A stretch of 64,000 bases of DNA from contig NW_026781870.1 of NCBI RefSeq assembly GCF_031769215.1, positions 372,001 to 436,000 of the forward strand, written 5' to 3'. Position numbers and translations under genes: made by a program. Each line of letters starts with the position of its first letter. The stretch's first letter is position 1. Below, in pieces: positions 52,061 to 64,000 of the stretch. The stretch comes from Ylistrum balloti. Taxonomy: Eukaryota. A model generated the notes under the pieces. The model ran no database searches and was not told the origin of the DNA. It saw nothing but the letters and a program-made list of their open reading frames with translations.

Positions 52061-55000
52061 GTAAGTTTTCTCCCCGAAAACTGTACATTAAGTGCCAAAA
52101 ATGTGAGTCCAGGCCTTTCGGTTTACCAGAATAAGTCGGTGAAGTCAATAAAAGAATTTGAGCCCTGAGACATTTATTATGTGGCAAGGTATTTTTTTAC
52201 GAACACTGATAACACATAGCGCCTTATAAATACTGGATTCCATGGCCAGTTATACAGAAAGTCAGCTGTAAGTGGTTTAACATAAGGCATATGACATTGA
52301 AAATCGGTCAGCAAATCGCATGGTACAGTGTGGTTATCTTGCTAAATAAAAAGTTGTTTTTCATCGTTAATGCTATTTCAAACAATAAATGTTATAATGC
52401 CACGAAATTCAATAAGCTAAATTTTATAGTTAAAAAAAAACAGAAAAAGCAATTGCGTCTTAACACTGATTATATTTACACTAAAATTTGAATCGTTGAT
52501 TAGAAGCAAGGTTTACCACCCCGGAGAATACAGTTGCTCAGATAGTTCTCAGGTATCACATCTCCAAAGCGAGATGGTTCCATTCTCAATAAACAGAATT
52601 CCTCTTCACCCTTAGCATATGCCAAGACGAATTCAAAGCTCTGCGCTTGAAACACTGCGGTTGATTCAGACTGACTTGTGTAGAACACGTTAAGAAATCT
52701 CTTGATCTCTTTGATGAAAAGTAAAAGGAATCGATGACAACACATCACTGAGATTTATCAGCTTTCATTTGGCTGTAATTTCTAAGTAACCATAAAAGGA
52801 CTTGTGATTGGTTCAGTTCCATAAACTGTATGTGTGGAACCAATCAAGGGGTCTTCGAATTCGTCAAGACATATTGCCTTTTTGTACAATGGTGAGATGA
52901 ACCCATTTCGAGAATGGAATCTTGAATTTGGAAGATAGCATCAATGAAATATTACGATAACATCTAGGGAATACAAAAATATGATGGAATAACCTTACGA
53001 CGGGAAAAGCTACAATGGAAAATAGGATAAAATTATGAAGGCTGATAAATACCGTTAGCGAACATATTGTAAACGTACAAGAATATCTAAGCGTATTATA
53101 TCATGTTTTGGTGAATTTGCACAGTGAATAATTGGAGTGTCCTAAACAACTGCTGTAGAGGCAATTAACTCGGTGATTTGTACAATCATATTTAACCGCA
53201 ATACCTTCAACGCAAAGGGGGCTAAAATATGATAAGAGCTAAACCATGTGCGTTTACAGTAGTGTCTCCGTTATGACAAAATTTTATATTACTGACTTTG
53301 TTCTGAATATAAAAAATATGACTCTTTGGTTAAGATTTCATTATCATATGCTCAGCATCAGATGGGGTTTGATTAATTTGCCCTTGTGTGCTGATGTTTT
53401 ATTTTGTCGTTTTGTTTAGCCTCTTTGATATGTCGTTTCGTCTGATGCGCTACAATATGTCCCGAATTTCTGTTGTTGTCCCTGTGTGTAGACAAAGTGA
53501 TAACAAGTGCAGTATATTCTATAATCCTTTTGCATACACGTACCTTATAGCAATCACTGAGTCATACAAAATGCGTCCCGCTTTCTGATTCATAGATTCA
53601 CACCTTGGAATGGCTGATCAGTGTGTCTCTTAACGTTAAACTTTTGGCATTTGAATACCACATATTATTATATAAAAAATGTTTTAATATTTCGTTTTAC
53701 AATATGATAACTTATTGTATGTTTAGAAAGGACCTCACGGCATGACGTTATTTACTTCCTGTTTCTATTACCAATTTTGTACCGATATACCCTTTTTTGA
53801 TATGGCGGTCAACCATTCTACTTCTAAAATATTTTCACATGAAAAATTATATACATGTAAAAAGATATACGAGAACATTGCGAATTCCAATGTAGAAACT
53901 ACTCCGGAAAATAAACTCCGTCTCCTCGTCGATATTTACAACATCCCAACAAAAAGTCGTTTCTACAAAAAGGACATGTGTCCTAATGATATAGCCGATA
54001 CAAGATACAAGAAGATTCATTTAGTGTTTACAACAGCTGAACAACAGATCAGTAATTCTACGATAACATACTAGTAATTCTCTAAGCATGCATACCAAAA
54101 TGCACGCGAATGCTTTTGAACTCATGTGCAAGTCTCTAAGCTGTCTACAATTTGTTTTGTACAAACACTGATAAATGAACGACATTTAAAAAGAGAGAGA
54201 AAGTTATTCTTACCATCGATTCAATATTATACGGAATTTTCCCACCTCCAAGTGATTCGCCCGAGAACAATAAACCTTAATACATAACTATGATCAACGT
54301 AGAGCGAGCTAAGCACTCGTTTTCACGTCAATGGGGTGTATTATTCATGCACGCGAACCCACGCCGAGTGGCTGTAGTAAAATAAACGTGTATCGCAGCC
54401 ATTGATATCAAGAGATACCTTATATGGTGTTCTGAAGCAACCACTCCTAAACATTGCACCAAAATATGACCTCCGATATAAGTTAATCAATGATCTCATT
54501 TGAGAACGTTACAAGATCGCTTCACAAGATAGTTCTATACAACTCAAGACACAGTTAAGTGTTTTAGCAAACTACAGATGTTAAGGAATATTATGTATTA
54601 ACGTGACTGAAAGAAATAAAGATGATATCTGTCCAAAGGCGTATCTAGAATTGACATTTACGATTGTAACTTGTATAAGACAAACTCTGTATGAACCAGG
54701 TATATAGTTTGAGATGTGGGGATTGGCGAAAGTGGAAAAGGGGTGGACGAAAGGATGACGAAGAGTTTGGTGAGGGGGGATTGTTGTTGGAAGGAAGGAT
54801 AATCATCAACGCACAGTTCACGTGAAGAAATAAATCGATGGACACTAATGAATAAAATAAAATGAATACTGAATAGATAAATACGACGCCATCTACATGA
54901 AACAATTTGGATGTCGTCAACCTGTCGCCGATTTTATTCACTTATACCGCTGCGATCTCAAATCATGCTTTGTCATATTGCCTTTACCGGTAGTAACATG

Positions 55001-55255
55001 TAAGTTGCTGGCTCCAGGCTCGAAACCGATGTTACAGTTCAACACAAGATTATAGCATAGAAAAAAGATAACAGTAACTGATTATAGGTAGCTTTTATAA
55101 TGATTTTTCTATTCATAATCTATTGGCTAGGAAATAGAAATAGACATCGTCCTTATCGTGAAATGAAAAATAAGTTAACTCATCACCTCTCGGTTACACT
55201 TACTGATTACACTGAAGAAACATGTGTACACTGACATTACGCCAGCTGCCTTACA

Positions 55256-55410
55256 GAGAATCCCCATTTTAGTCGCTTCAAAGAGAAACTCCACATTAGT
55301 CGCCTCATGGATAATCTCCATGTCAACAGCCTCAGAACCCCAGCATTAGTCGCTGCCTCATTCAGACGAAAACGACAAGTATTGAGAATCCCAACATTAT
55401 TTGCTTTATT
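55256..55410. repeat. Highly degenerate ~27-bp repeat, 4-5 copies
   Basis: GAGAA(T/A)C(C/T)CCA..TTAGTCGC(T/C)TCA recurs at ~55256, 55283, 55310 and 55335, with a partial copy at ~55385. Confidence 0.65.
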
Positions 55411-57929
55411 AAGTGAAACATAAAAACGGTCACATCATAAAGAAGCTCACCTTTTTGCTTCCTAAAAATTCTCAACGTAAATCAAATAATAAAGAGCTTC
55501 AACATAAGTTGAAAAAAAATTAAATTAAGAAATATCGATTTTTATAGCAAACTCGAAGACACTAAGGATTTCTAGAGAGCTCAAGTACTAGATATTTCAT
55601 AAGGTTATGTTGTAAAATACTGTGAGGCAGTTATCCAGCTCCCCTCCCACGAAACATCTCTCTGTCCAGACCTGTAGCAGAACCTATAGGATCAGATATA
55701 CCATCAATTATTCTACGATAAATGGAGATATATATACACCAACAGGTGCAGTCAGACATCAAACACGTGATAATCGATATTTCTTTCACTTGTATTTAGA
55801 ATCCACAAACAGACCACGGTCATTTATCGAATATCAACTTGAATGTTTGCAAGGCGTATCTAAAGTCATCAATAAATGAATGTTTGTTTAAAAGTTTTAA
55901 TATTTATTAAAATGACACACACTTTAGCGACCTACCAAATAAGTACCCCTGTAATAGCAATTAGCTCGTTGTTTACCGATATTCAACGGTGACATTTTAC
56001 TTTATTCGCCGCCAGTTGGAGTTAATATGTACATATTTACAAAATATTGATCCGGCAGAGAAATGTCGACGTTTAATACCCTTTGTACAGATGGCCAGGT
56101 ATCCAAATATCTGTTTGCTCAAAAGCTATAAATTGGAGTTTTGTAATCATCTCCACAGAAAAATAATATCATTTCGTTATCTGAAGTACAATAATTGGTA
56201 ATATAATCAATTGTATTATCTTCCTGTGGTAAAAATCTAATAAACAAAACGACAGAGGGCGTCACAAAATGCACAATATAATTCGGATACAGGCAGAAAA
56301 AATAATTATTTGGGTCGTATTCAAATTGAACTGGCTCTCAAGTAAATGTCGTATTTAATAAAGGAAAGCTCGAGCTAGCAGGGAACACAATGACATTTTA
56401 TTATCTTCAAAAAACAAACAATTCAGATGGTGTCTCGATGAAACTTGAACGGTTGATGTGTGCATAAAACGACAAACCATTTCAGGTCGTAATCATCAGT
56501 ACATCTAGTGCTGTTTTAGAGAGGTGATAAATTACTGTTGATTTACGTTTTATCGCAGGGGTTATTATCCGGTCAACATCCGGGGTCTTTTTGAGACGGG
56601 ATATCCTTGTAGGAGTTGGCTACACTGCACAACATACGGGAGGTCCGTCCCACGCTATTCAGTGAAAGTAAAGTGTCACATCCACGTCAGCACAGTATGG
56701 TCCGGTTTCTGAGAAACAAACGGCCACTGATAGGAACCGTCGAACTACACACGACCACGAGTAGGGAACATCGAATAACACACCTGTTCAATGCTTTGTT
56801 CATTTACCTACTAATTATTGTCACTGTATATAAATTCTATTCTATTACATAATTTCTTCCTCTCAGAAAAAAATCCGGCCAAATTGATTTTTGGTATCCG
56901 GGGTTCAGTTCCCAAATGGCGCCCTCGTAAAACAGGGCTTTGTATATCTTTCTATGCATGTAACTATTAAATAGGTATCATTATATCTAATATGCCAACT
57001 GCCATTTCCGGTGCTGATCTCATTTTGATTTTTTTAAGCATACGGTCCAGGTGTTTAATGCTGACACACACGAGCTTATCATGTGCAATTAACTTCTAAA
57101 CAAGGTTTGACCTTTGACCTCAACAATTTGGTATACATTATGATAATGGTAGACGGCACACGATAATGATGCAGTACTTTATAAATATGGCATCTGTTTT
57201 GAGGTAATCATATATAGTAAACCCAAACAAAAATGTCGCTTTGGCCGTGATTGAGAGTGACAATAAGTCTCAAATTGTGGGAAAATAACAACGCAAGATG
57301 GGTAACGCATGTGACCCTTTAAAGGCGAAAGTCGCTTACATCATTGGGCACGCAAATTGAAAGGACAGCCAAAGCACATGCAAATTAGAAAACACAAACG
57401 CAATACATTAGACATTATTAATGCTTCACAGTAAGAGGAAGGGACCCTTATTTATTTCCTTCCTAGGGCCTGGAGGAAATGTCATCCAAAACGTTAAACA
57501 AATCAGCGTTATTTAAATTCGGCCTCTAAACCATGTTTTATTTAGTTATCAAGAGATCGTTCCAAGGTTTCCGGTGTCAAAAAGACTTGGGTTAACATCT
57601 TTTATTTCCTTGTCGATGAGACAACATTAGAAGTCGATCTTTATCTTTCCTTCTCTCCACCAGGACTGATCCCCTTAACTCAATCAGAAGAAAAAACCAA
57701 CAATACCAACATGTCAACATAATCAAAACTCAAATTCAATAAAACTAGGTCAAAATATCAACATAAGAAGGATTGACAAGGAGAATAAGACCAGGTGTTT
57801 CGAAAGAGTAAGTGCCCTCTGTTCCTTACTCGATCTAAGTAAGTAGTATTGTCACGTTCTCAAACGAGAACAACGTATACAACAACGGATCCAACATGAA
57901 AACTAATGAGCATCAAACACGCTTAGCTT

Positions 57930-58780
57930 CATTATATGAGACCACTATGACAACCGTAAAACTTCTCCATAATTTTTATCAACACTCATCTTGAAACTCT
58001 GGGTTACCAGTTCGTCCGGAAGTTGACTACTTTTCGCTCGAAAATCGTGATAACGGGCCCTTGAATATCGAATCAATTGCGACATGAAAACTCCATATGT
58101 TGGATGCAGGAATGTTGCTATTCAGGAAATGGCAAAATAACAAATTAAGAATGATATCATTCTCCTTATCATACAGAAGAAAGCTGTCCTTGTTGGTTTT
58201 GTTATAAGAAAAAAATTTAGAAAAGCGGTTGATGAAGAAGAGTTTGTTATTTCCTTGATTTTCATTTCCTGTAGTATATACGATGGACGTGGTTAATAGA
58301 TGTTTTTGTTATTTAAGGACGAGACGTCATCAGTATATCAGAAAGTGACATTAAACGCCTTTGCAAGGTCTTTATGATCTGTTTTGATACGCTCTTCGAT
58401 AAATTTAGCCTCGTATGAAAACAAAACCAGGTATCAACAGAGCGCGAAGATCTTGGAAGATCTTACCACCAAATTCGACGAAAATGTTGTCAACCGGAAA
58501 CTCGATCGTTTTTACAATTTCGTCCTCCGCATATTTCATCTTTGATTTGGGAGTATTGTCCACGAAATACGCTTCTTGTCTTAAAGGGTTCTATCCTGAC
58601 GAGGTCGTGTCTGTCCTGAGGGTGCAATTCATTCTTGTATTTATCATGTATTTAAATAATTTCTCAATAAATCAAAATTCTGAAACACTGAAGAATGCTT
58701 TTAATGAAGAACTTTCAGGAAATCATATTTCAGTTAAAGTAAGTTCAGGATTTGAAATCCAATACTTGTCATAACTCAGT
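57930..58780 (-). mobile_element. Decayed Penelope-like retroelement reverse transcriptase remnant
   Basis: Minus-strand translation across breaks gives AYFVDNTPKSKMKYAEDEIVKTIEFPVDNIFVEFGGKIFQ (58575-58453), YEAKFIEE..KDLAKAFNVTF*YTDDVSSLNN (YxDD at ~58337-58326), LYDK, NSNIPA, YGVFMSQLIRYSRA (58098-58057) and KFYG. These match the DNIFV.FGG..FQQ, RYIDD, LYDKRDDF and YGVY.SQL.RY.RAC motifs of Penelope RT. A possible terminal-repeat remnant lies at ~57785-57830. Confidence 0.85.
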
Positions 58781-59057
58781 CTGTCCCACCGAAAACTTCA
58801 TTTCCCGACAACTTTTTCCGCCAGTAATGCAAACTCACAAATAACAGCTTTCTTTGTATAAAACATCGCTCCATTCTGATTCAATCTGGTTTAATTATTC
58901 CCAATTCGTTCTCAGTAAAAATCTTGTGAATTTTCTGCTTCGGTTACTTTTTCCGATTTATTGTGAGGTTGAAAGATGGCGGACGACTAAACACTCAATT
59001 ACATAAGTCTTTTTTATTTTTCGAGATCTGGAAACTGACTGTACATTACCGTCATTT

Positions 59058-59148
59058 GGAGGGAGGGATGAATGGATAGAGGGAGGGAGGGAGGGATGAA
59101 TGGATAGATGGAGGGAGGGGGGATGAATGGAGGGAGGGAGGGAGGGAT
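59058..59148. repeat. (GGAG/GGAT)n purine-rich microsatellite, G-quadruplex/triplex-capable
   Basis: GGAGGGAGGGATGAATGGATAGAGGGAGGGAGGGAGGGATGAATGG... with multiple GGG tracts. Confidence 0.9.
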
Positions 59149-59719
59149 TTCAATACGTTTGTAAGCGTATGCCACGAGTTTAATTTGCCTTTTTATAAAG
59201 TACAAAAATATTGGTAGGTCTTGAATTCACACTGTAATTTATTTAACCATGATTATTATCAAATGAAAACAAGAAGTTTGAACTGATTACCTCGTATTCA
59301 CAGAATCAACGTATGCTGCACACACACGAGTCTTGTGAATGAAACGCCGGTAAATTAATCACTTAGCAAGCTAATAACATTAATATATAAAGCCCAACAC
59401 AAATGACAACTGTCTAGATTCACAGAAACATACTTGACAAAGGCTGGAAATAGCATGATATATAGTGAAACTAATTACTCACTCTGGAAACATCTAGTTA
59501 TTTAAAACCTGTCTAATTCGTCCCACAAGTATAGCAAGGAAAGCTGGAAATTCCTCACTTTAACATGACACAACGATCAACGTCATAAAGTAAATACCAT
59601 GAAGTAGCATGCCCGTCAGTTTTTATTTATGAAAATGTCCACGATCCAGTTGATCGGTGTTCTGACCCAAAGCAATACCAGAAATTAGTTGAAGACGTAT
59701 AAAATCATCAAGTATTCCC

Positions 59720-60762
59720 AATCCATTCCCACTTTCCCTGAGCCAGGTTTAGATACAGTTACAGAAGATGGCGACAAGCTGATATTTTTGTTCTGTAATA
59801 AAAGTTGATGACGGGAATACGGATATTCCTATGTCAGAAAATATAACAGACTAAAGTATTAACTCTTTAAGGGCAACAGCATCTGAAATTGAAGATATAC
59901 CACACATCTTAAGATTAGGTAAGGCGTTTCACCATGACGGTATTAGTCACCTTAGGTTTGGAGACACTCAGTTTCAAAACCTCTTCAATTACAACCTAAC
60001 CTTTCACTTCCTTCTAAAATCTCTCCTTACACATGGAAGATTGCTACAGTGATGCCATTGTTTAAGAAAGTGAACAGACATTCGCCAACAAATTATAGAC
60101 TCATATCATTTCCTTCTAATTTATACAAAGTATTCGAGAGAGTAATATTTACGTACATCCATAACTATTTTATAGAAAATTATATATTTTTTTTTTGTAC
60201 AAATATCAGTCAGGATATATGCCGGATCACTCAACTGTTTGTCATCTCACTGATATTAATCGCAATATTTGTTTATCTATTAGAGAGAAAACCATGTTTG
60301 TTTAGTATTCTGTGATATATCTGAAGCTTTTGATCGTGTTTGACAGAAAAGATTGTTAATTAAGTTAAATTGTTATAGTGTAACAGGCCCCACTTGTATA
60401 AAACACCTCAATTTGAGATTTCCTCAAGTCGAGATTTTCCTCGGCTGATATCTCCTCAAAAACGGCTTGTATAATTTTTTTTCAAGGAACAGGAGGAAGT
60501 CATCGGCTAGGATGTCCTGAAATTCCTTGAGGAATTTCCATACAAGATATTTTCAAGGAGAGTAAAATCTCAACTTGAGGAAATCTCAAGTTGAGATGTT
60601 TTATACAAGTGGGGCCAGGAGACATGTTTGCTTGGTTAGAAAATTATCTTTCAAATAGAAGATAAAACGCAGGAGTTCCACAGGGTTCTTTCCTGGGCCC
60701 CTTATTATTTCTTAATCATATTAACGATATTGCGGATGTTTTACACTCGACTTGTCGCATTT
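59720..60762 (+). mobile_element. Decayed CR1/L2-clade LINE reverse transcriptase fragment, interrupted by a MITE
   Basis: WKIATVMPLFKKVNRHSPTNYRLISFPSNLYKVFERVIF (from 60034), YQSGYMPDHST, FCDISEAFDRV (60308-60340), KLNCYSVTG|DMFAWLENYLSNRR and GVPQGSFLGPLLF (from 60672). These are the classic non-LTR RT motifs W..A.V.P..K, NYRPISL, D.SKAFD.V and GVPQGS.LGP.LF. The fragment stops before the ADD motif. Confidence 0.92.
60387..60615. mobile_element. 229-bp non-autonomous DNA transposon (MITE), ~52-bp TIRs, 3-bp CAG target-site duplication; PIF/Harbinger-like
   Basis: Left end GCCCCACTTGTATAAAACACCTCAATTTGAGATTTCCTCAAGTCGAGATTTT versus reverse complement of the right end GCCCCACTTGTATAAAACATCTCAACTTGAGATTTCCTCAAGTTGAGATTTT (3 mismatches). 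CAG flanks both sides (60384-60386 and 60616-60618). The element is clear; the superfamily is inferred from the 3-bp TSD. Confidence 0.9.
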
Positions 60763-61707
60763 CCGTCCTAGTTAACAAGATTGACTAATATAAGCTGGAA
60801 AATATGTTTCGTAATTGTTATAAAATAGATAAAGTTTAATAGTCACTATAACGTATGCAATCACGTGATGTTGTTTGATACAAACACAACAGTAAGGAAA
60901 TCCCCTCCTCCCCGTACTGTACATCCAATAGATTTCACAACTTAAACGAAAAGAAAACAAACAAATACACAAAACGATTAAAAACGTAAATTAAAAGGGA
61001 GAAATGTGGCCCATTGAATAACGTCAACCAACTAAATACGCTTTTTTGTTCTAAATCATAGGAAAATGTTCTGATTGGAGGGGGCGGTGCGCGTGTTGGA
61101 TGTACCCCTCCCCCTCCCCTCTTGGATCTGTGCCTTCTTTGTGTGAAAGTAAGACGTGAATTACGCTCAAAATCGTGTTTATACCTATAATTTATTTATC
61201 AGAACACTTATGTATTGTGAAATTGACATAAACCCTTTTCAAAACTATTTCATTTTAAAACTCGAATAGAAAATAAACTTCGAAAAGTGTCTAAGATGTC
61301 AAAACTGTTAAACGTAGTGTAGACCTGATGTTGTCATATTAATGGAAATATACAGATATTACCAAGATTTCTGTCTACGTTCTCATAAATATTGAATTTG
61401 GCGGGAAATTGTATGGTCTGTCTCTCGTGTTTTCTCGCGCGGTTTGACAAGCCGTTATTAACTGCAGTAAAACAGTGATTTGACGGGAGATGCAAATACG
61501 CCCTATAACTGATCATAAATCACAGAATATTTGTAGGCGCGATTGTTTTACGATGGATTATGAACGCTGACTTTCACAAGTGTAGTCCATGTGCCTGAGT
61601 TTAGTCATTAAATTTGACAAGAAGAAATTATATTAGAAATTTGAACGATCGTTTTGCCGACCAAGCCAATTGTCACTTTCCTCCGACTGTTCCTTGTTTA
61701 CTTTCAG

Positions 61708-61789
61708 ATCGTAAATCCGTGGGCTGATATATATCAAAATTCCGACAGTTTATAAAGGTCCCTTTGCTGTACTTCAAATACATTTGAAT
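61708..61789 (+). other. Candidate 82-nt non-coding exon (5'UTR or lncRNA)
   Basis: Strong acceptor TTCCTTGTTTACTTTCAG| and donor AAT|GTAAGT. Stop codons in all three frames and no ATG. Confidence 0.3.
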
Positions 61790-62404
61790 GTAAGTTCATC
61801 ATTCTCGTTTTATGATTGCTTAAATTGGCAAGAATATGAAATAGTTCTTTCTAACAGTCGATGGTTTTGCATTGCACGGCAATCAACATGGAACATTTGT
61901 AGCTTATCAAACAAATAAAAAGTAGGGTTCAAGCAGGATCTTTATTGCGTGATTATTCAGGCTTTAGCATGGAACTCCTACTGTGTGTACGACATTGGCT
62001 GGACGACTTTTTAATTCAACGTGGCGTGGCCAATAGAGAACTTACTTTTCAACAAGACCACTAGTATATTTTTAATTATGTTATAATTTTGAATTAGAAA
62101 ACAACTCATAAATATTGTTAAGGAAATGATACTGAAAATAACCTTATCAATTTTACTGGTGCATTCTAATGTACATGTACATCAACGTACCAATTTTCAA
62201 GTCTGCTTTCAATATTTCGATTTTTCTTTATCGACAGAAGCGAAAATACACAGCAACATACAGGCCGATTTTATGATTTGGTCAACAATTCAATGAGCAG
62301 ATTTGATAATAAATACACATCTCCTGCTTAATAAAGACTGGCTATTCAAGACGTTCTTTCGACGTATGATAGTGCAAAGCACTTTTCACTTGTTACGCGT
62401 GTAC

Positions 62405-62590
62405 ATCTCGGCAAATTCAGTATTAACGTCGTCTGTCACTCGTCACATCTCGGCAGATTCCGTACCAACTCGTGTGTCGCTCGTCACATCTCGGGAAATT
62501 CAGTATTAACGTCGTCTGTCACTCGTCACATCTCGGCAGATTCCGTACTCACCTCGTCTGTCACTCGTCACATTTAAGCAGATTCCGACT
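62405..62590. repeat. 41-42-bp minisatellite with alternating A/B units
   Basis: Units start at 62405, 62447, 62488, 62530 and 62572. Units 1 and 3 share AAATTCAGTATTAACGTCG; units 2 and 4 share AGATTCCGTAC. Confidence 0.95.
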
Positions 62591-62794
62591 ACGTAATTAT
62601 GACGGGTATCGGATTCAGCAGAGCTTTATCAAATAATGGAGCACTTTCATTTTTATTCAATTCCTGGTCATAACCCCGCAAAAAATAGAAGCAGTATGTT
62701 CGATCCGAGCAGCGGCGGTGCTGTAAGTAAAATGAAATTCCAACCCACTGTAGTTGATGACCACTTAATTTAATTGCAGTTGTTATACATAAAC

Positions 62795-62894
62795 GATCAC
62801 GTGACCTATATCATGTACGCCAGCGAGTGGTTATTGATCACGTGACTAAGACAAGAACGCTTTTTATCAAATGAAGAGTTCATGATCACGTGAT
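62795..62894. promoter_or_regulatory. Triple GATCACGTGA(C/T) E-box cluster (MiT/TFE, USF or SREBP type)
   Basis: TCACGTGA at 62797, 62838 and 62886, each preceded by GA, with unrelated spacer sequence between copies. Confidence 0.45.
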
Positions 62895-64000
62895 CAGTGT
62901 TGACGACTTTATGGTGGCAACTCATGATTGACAAAATTTAAAAAGATCAAATGTTTCATCAAATATCTATTGCCTGTAGAACTAATGTTAAATACATTAC
63001 AGAAGACCCGACAGGTCGTTTTTTTTTCTTCTCGTGCATCACAGACTGTCGGTCATGAATAATGCATAAACCCTATGTAAACTGTGGTGTGTTGATAGAG
63101 GTGTTTGCAGATGTGTGTTTTCAGCTTTTATCGTTAGCCTAAGAAGTTTCAGAACGAACAACTTCTGAGTCTATGCTCAACTTTGACGTGCAAACAGCCC
63201 ACTATCCATCCCACAAACTGTAAAATGTGCATTGTACTTTCATAAACACGAAACTCTGGGGTTGAAACTCATCGTCCCAGGGGTTAAAAAGCGATTTCAT
63301 TACGATTAGTTGGGAGGTTATATTGGTCAAAACCGTAGCCGGGCGTGCATTCCGGCACCCATGACTCCCACAGCCAATCCTTGTGGTACGGATCCGTCGT
63401 TGTATGACGTGAATACGGCTAACCCGCGATCCGTACCGTTATTCCATGCAAATGTTTTACTTTATTGATCTAGAACTAAGACTTAGCAATTTAAATTACA
63501 CACTCTGACATAAATGTTCCACCCACGATTGGCGATCTCATAAGAAAATTACAGCAAACGTAGCATTTGATTCCGTATGATTTCTTTCCTATTAGATAGA
63601 ATTTAAATACCGGTGTCCCAGGCAATATTTAAAACATTTGATAGAAAGATGGGAACACCAACAGCGATAAGCAACAATTTGCATCAGTAATTGTTCCATC
63701 AAGTATTTTCCCTTGTCTGTCCCGTCCCCACGGGGTCGTTACACCGTATGTATATATAAATCACTTGACATGTGGACGATGTGCTAATCGATGCAGTGAC
63801 GTGGTAAATGGCGATAATTTCGATAATGACAATGGACAAATTTAGAAACGATGGATGCAAATCAACTCTGGTAGACAGTATCAATTGATAAACAGAAGTA
63901 TAAGGTTGAGATATTGCCTTTCTTTCTATCTTTGCAGTGATCACTATTTTTGTGTTCTCATTCCAAATAAAACTTAGACAGCTTTGAAAAAAAACCTTAG

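Noticed and set aside
56895-56940. B-box-like GGTTCAGTTCCC and TGGCGCCC resembling a tRNA-Lys primer-binding site
   Set aside because: No A-box or cloverleaf, no adjacent LTR CA end, and the match decays after 8 nt.
57108-57120. Perfect nuclear-receptor DR1 (TGACCT-T-TGACCT)
   Set aside because: TGACCTT-type strings recur in degenerate form at ~22484, 22675 and 34315 and look like remnants of an abundant non-autonomous repeat rather than a specific response element.
335-63944. Remaining 60-130-aa ORFs in the supplied track
   Set aside because: Short, compositionally biased (F/I/L/Y/K from AT-rich DNA), not arranged as a consistent exon chain, and without recognisable domains.

Overview
AT-rich eukaryotic (metazoan) genomic DNA that looks intergenic or intronic. 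The repeat and transposon mix (DIRS gag, Penelope RT and CR1/L2 RT fossils, MITEs, many minisatellites) resembles a marine invertebrate such as a bivalve mollusc, but that taxonomic call is inference. I recognise no intact protein-coding gene, rRNA, tRNA or CRISPR array, and almost all ORFs in the supplied track look like chance ORFs or read-through of tandem repeats. Well supported: a 4.8-kb 28-bp satellite with higher-order duplications, a 2.1-kb 45-bp satellite, several smaller arrays (24, 30, 31, 41, 42, 50, 53/116 and 87 bp units), three decayed retroelement coding remnants, and a 229-bp TIR element inserted in the CR1 RT with a 3-bp CAG target duplication. Weaker: a few splice-site-flanked candidate exons and dense homotypic transcription-factor motif clusters. 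I found no convincing evidence of a new multi-gene biological system. All coordinates and alignments were read by eye and family assignments are from remembered motifs, not database searches.
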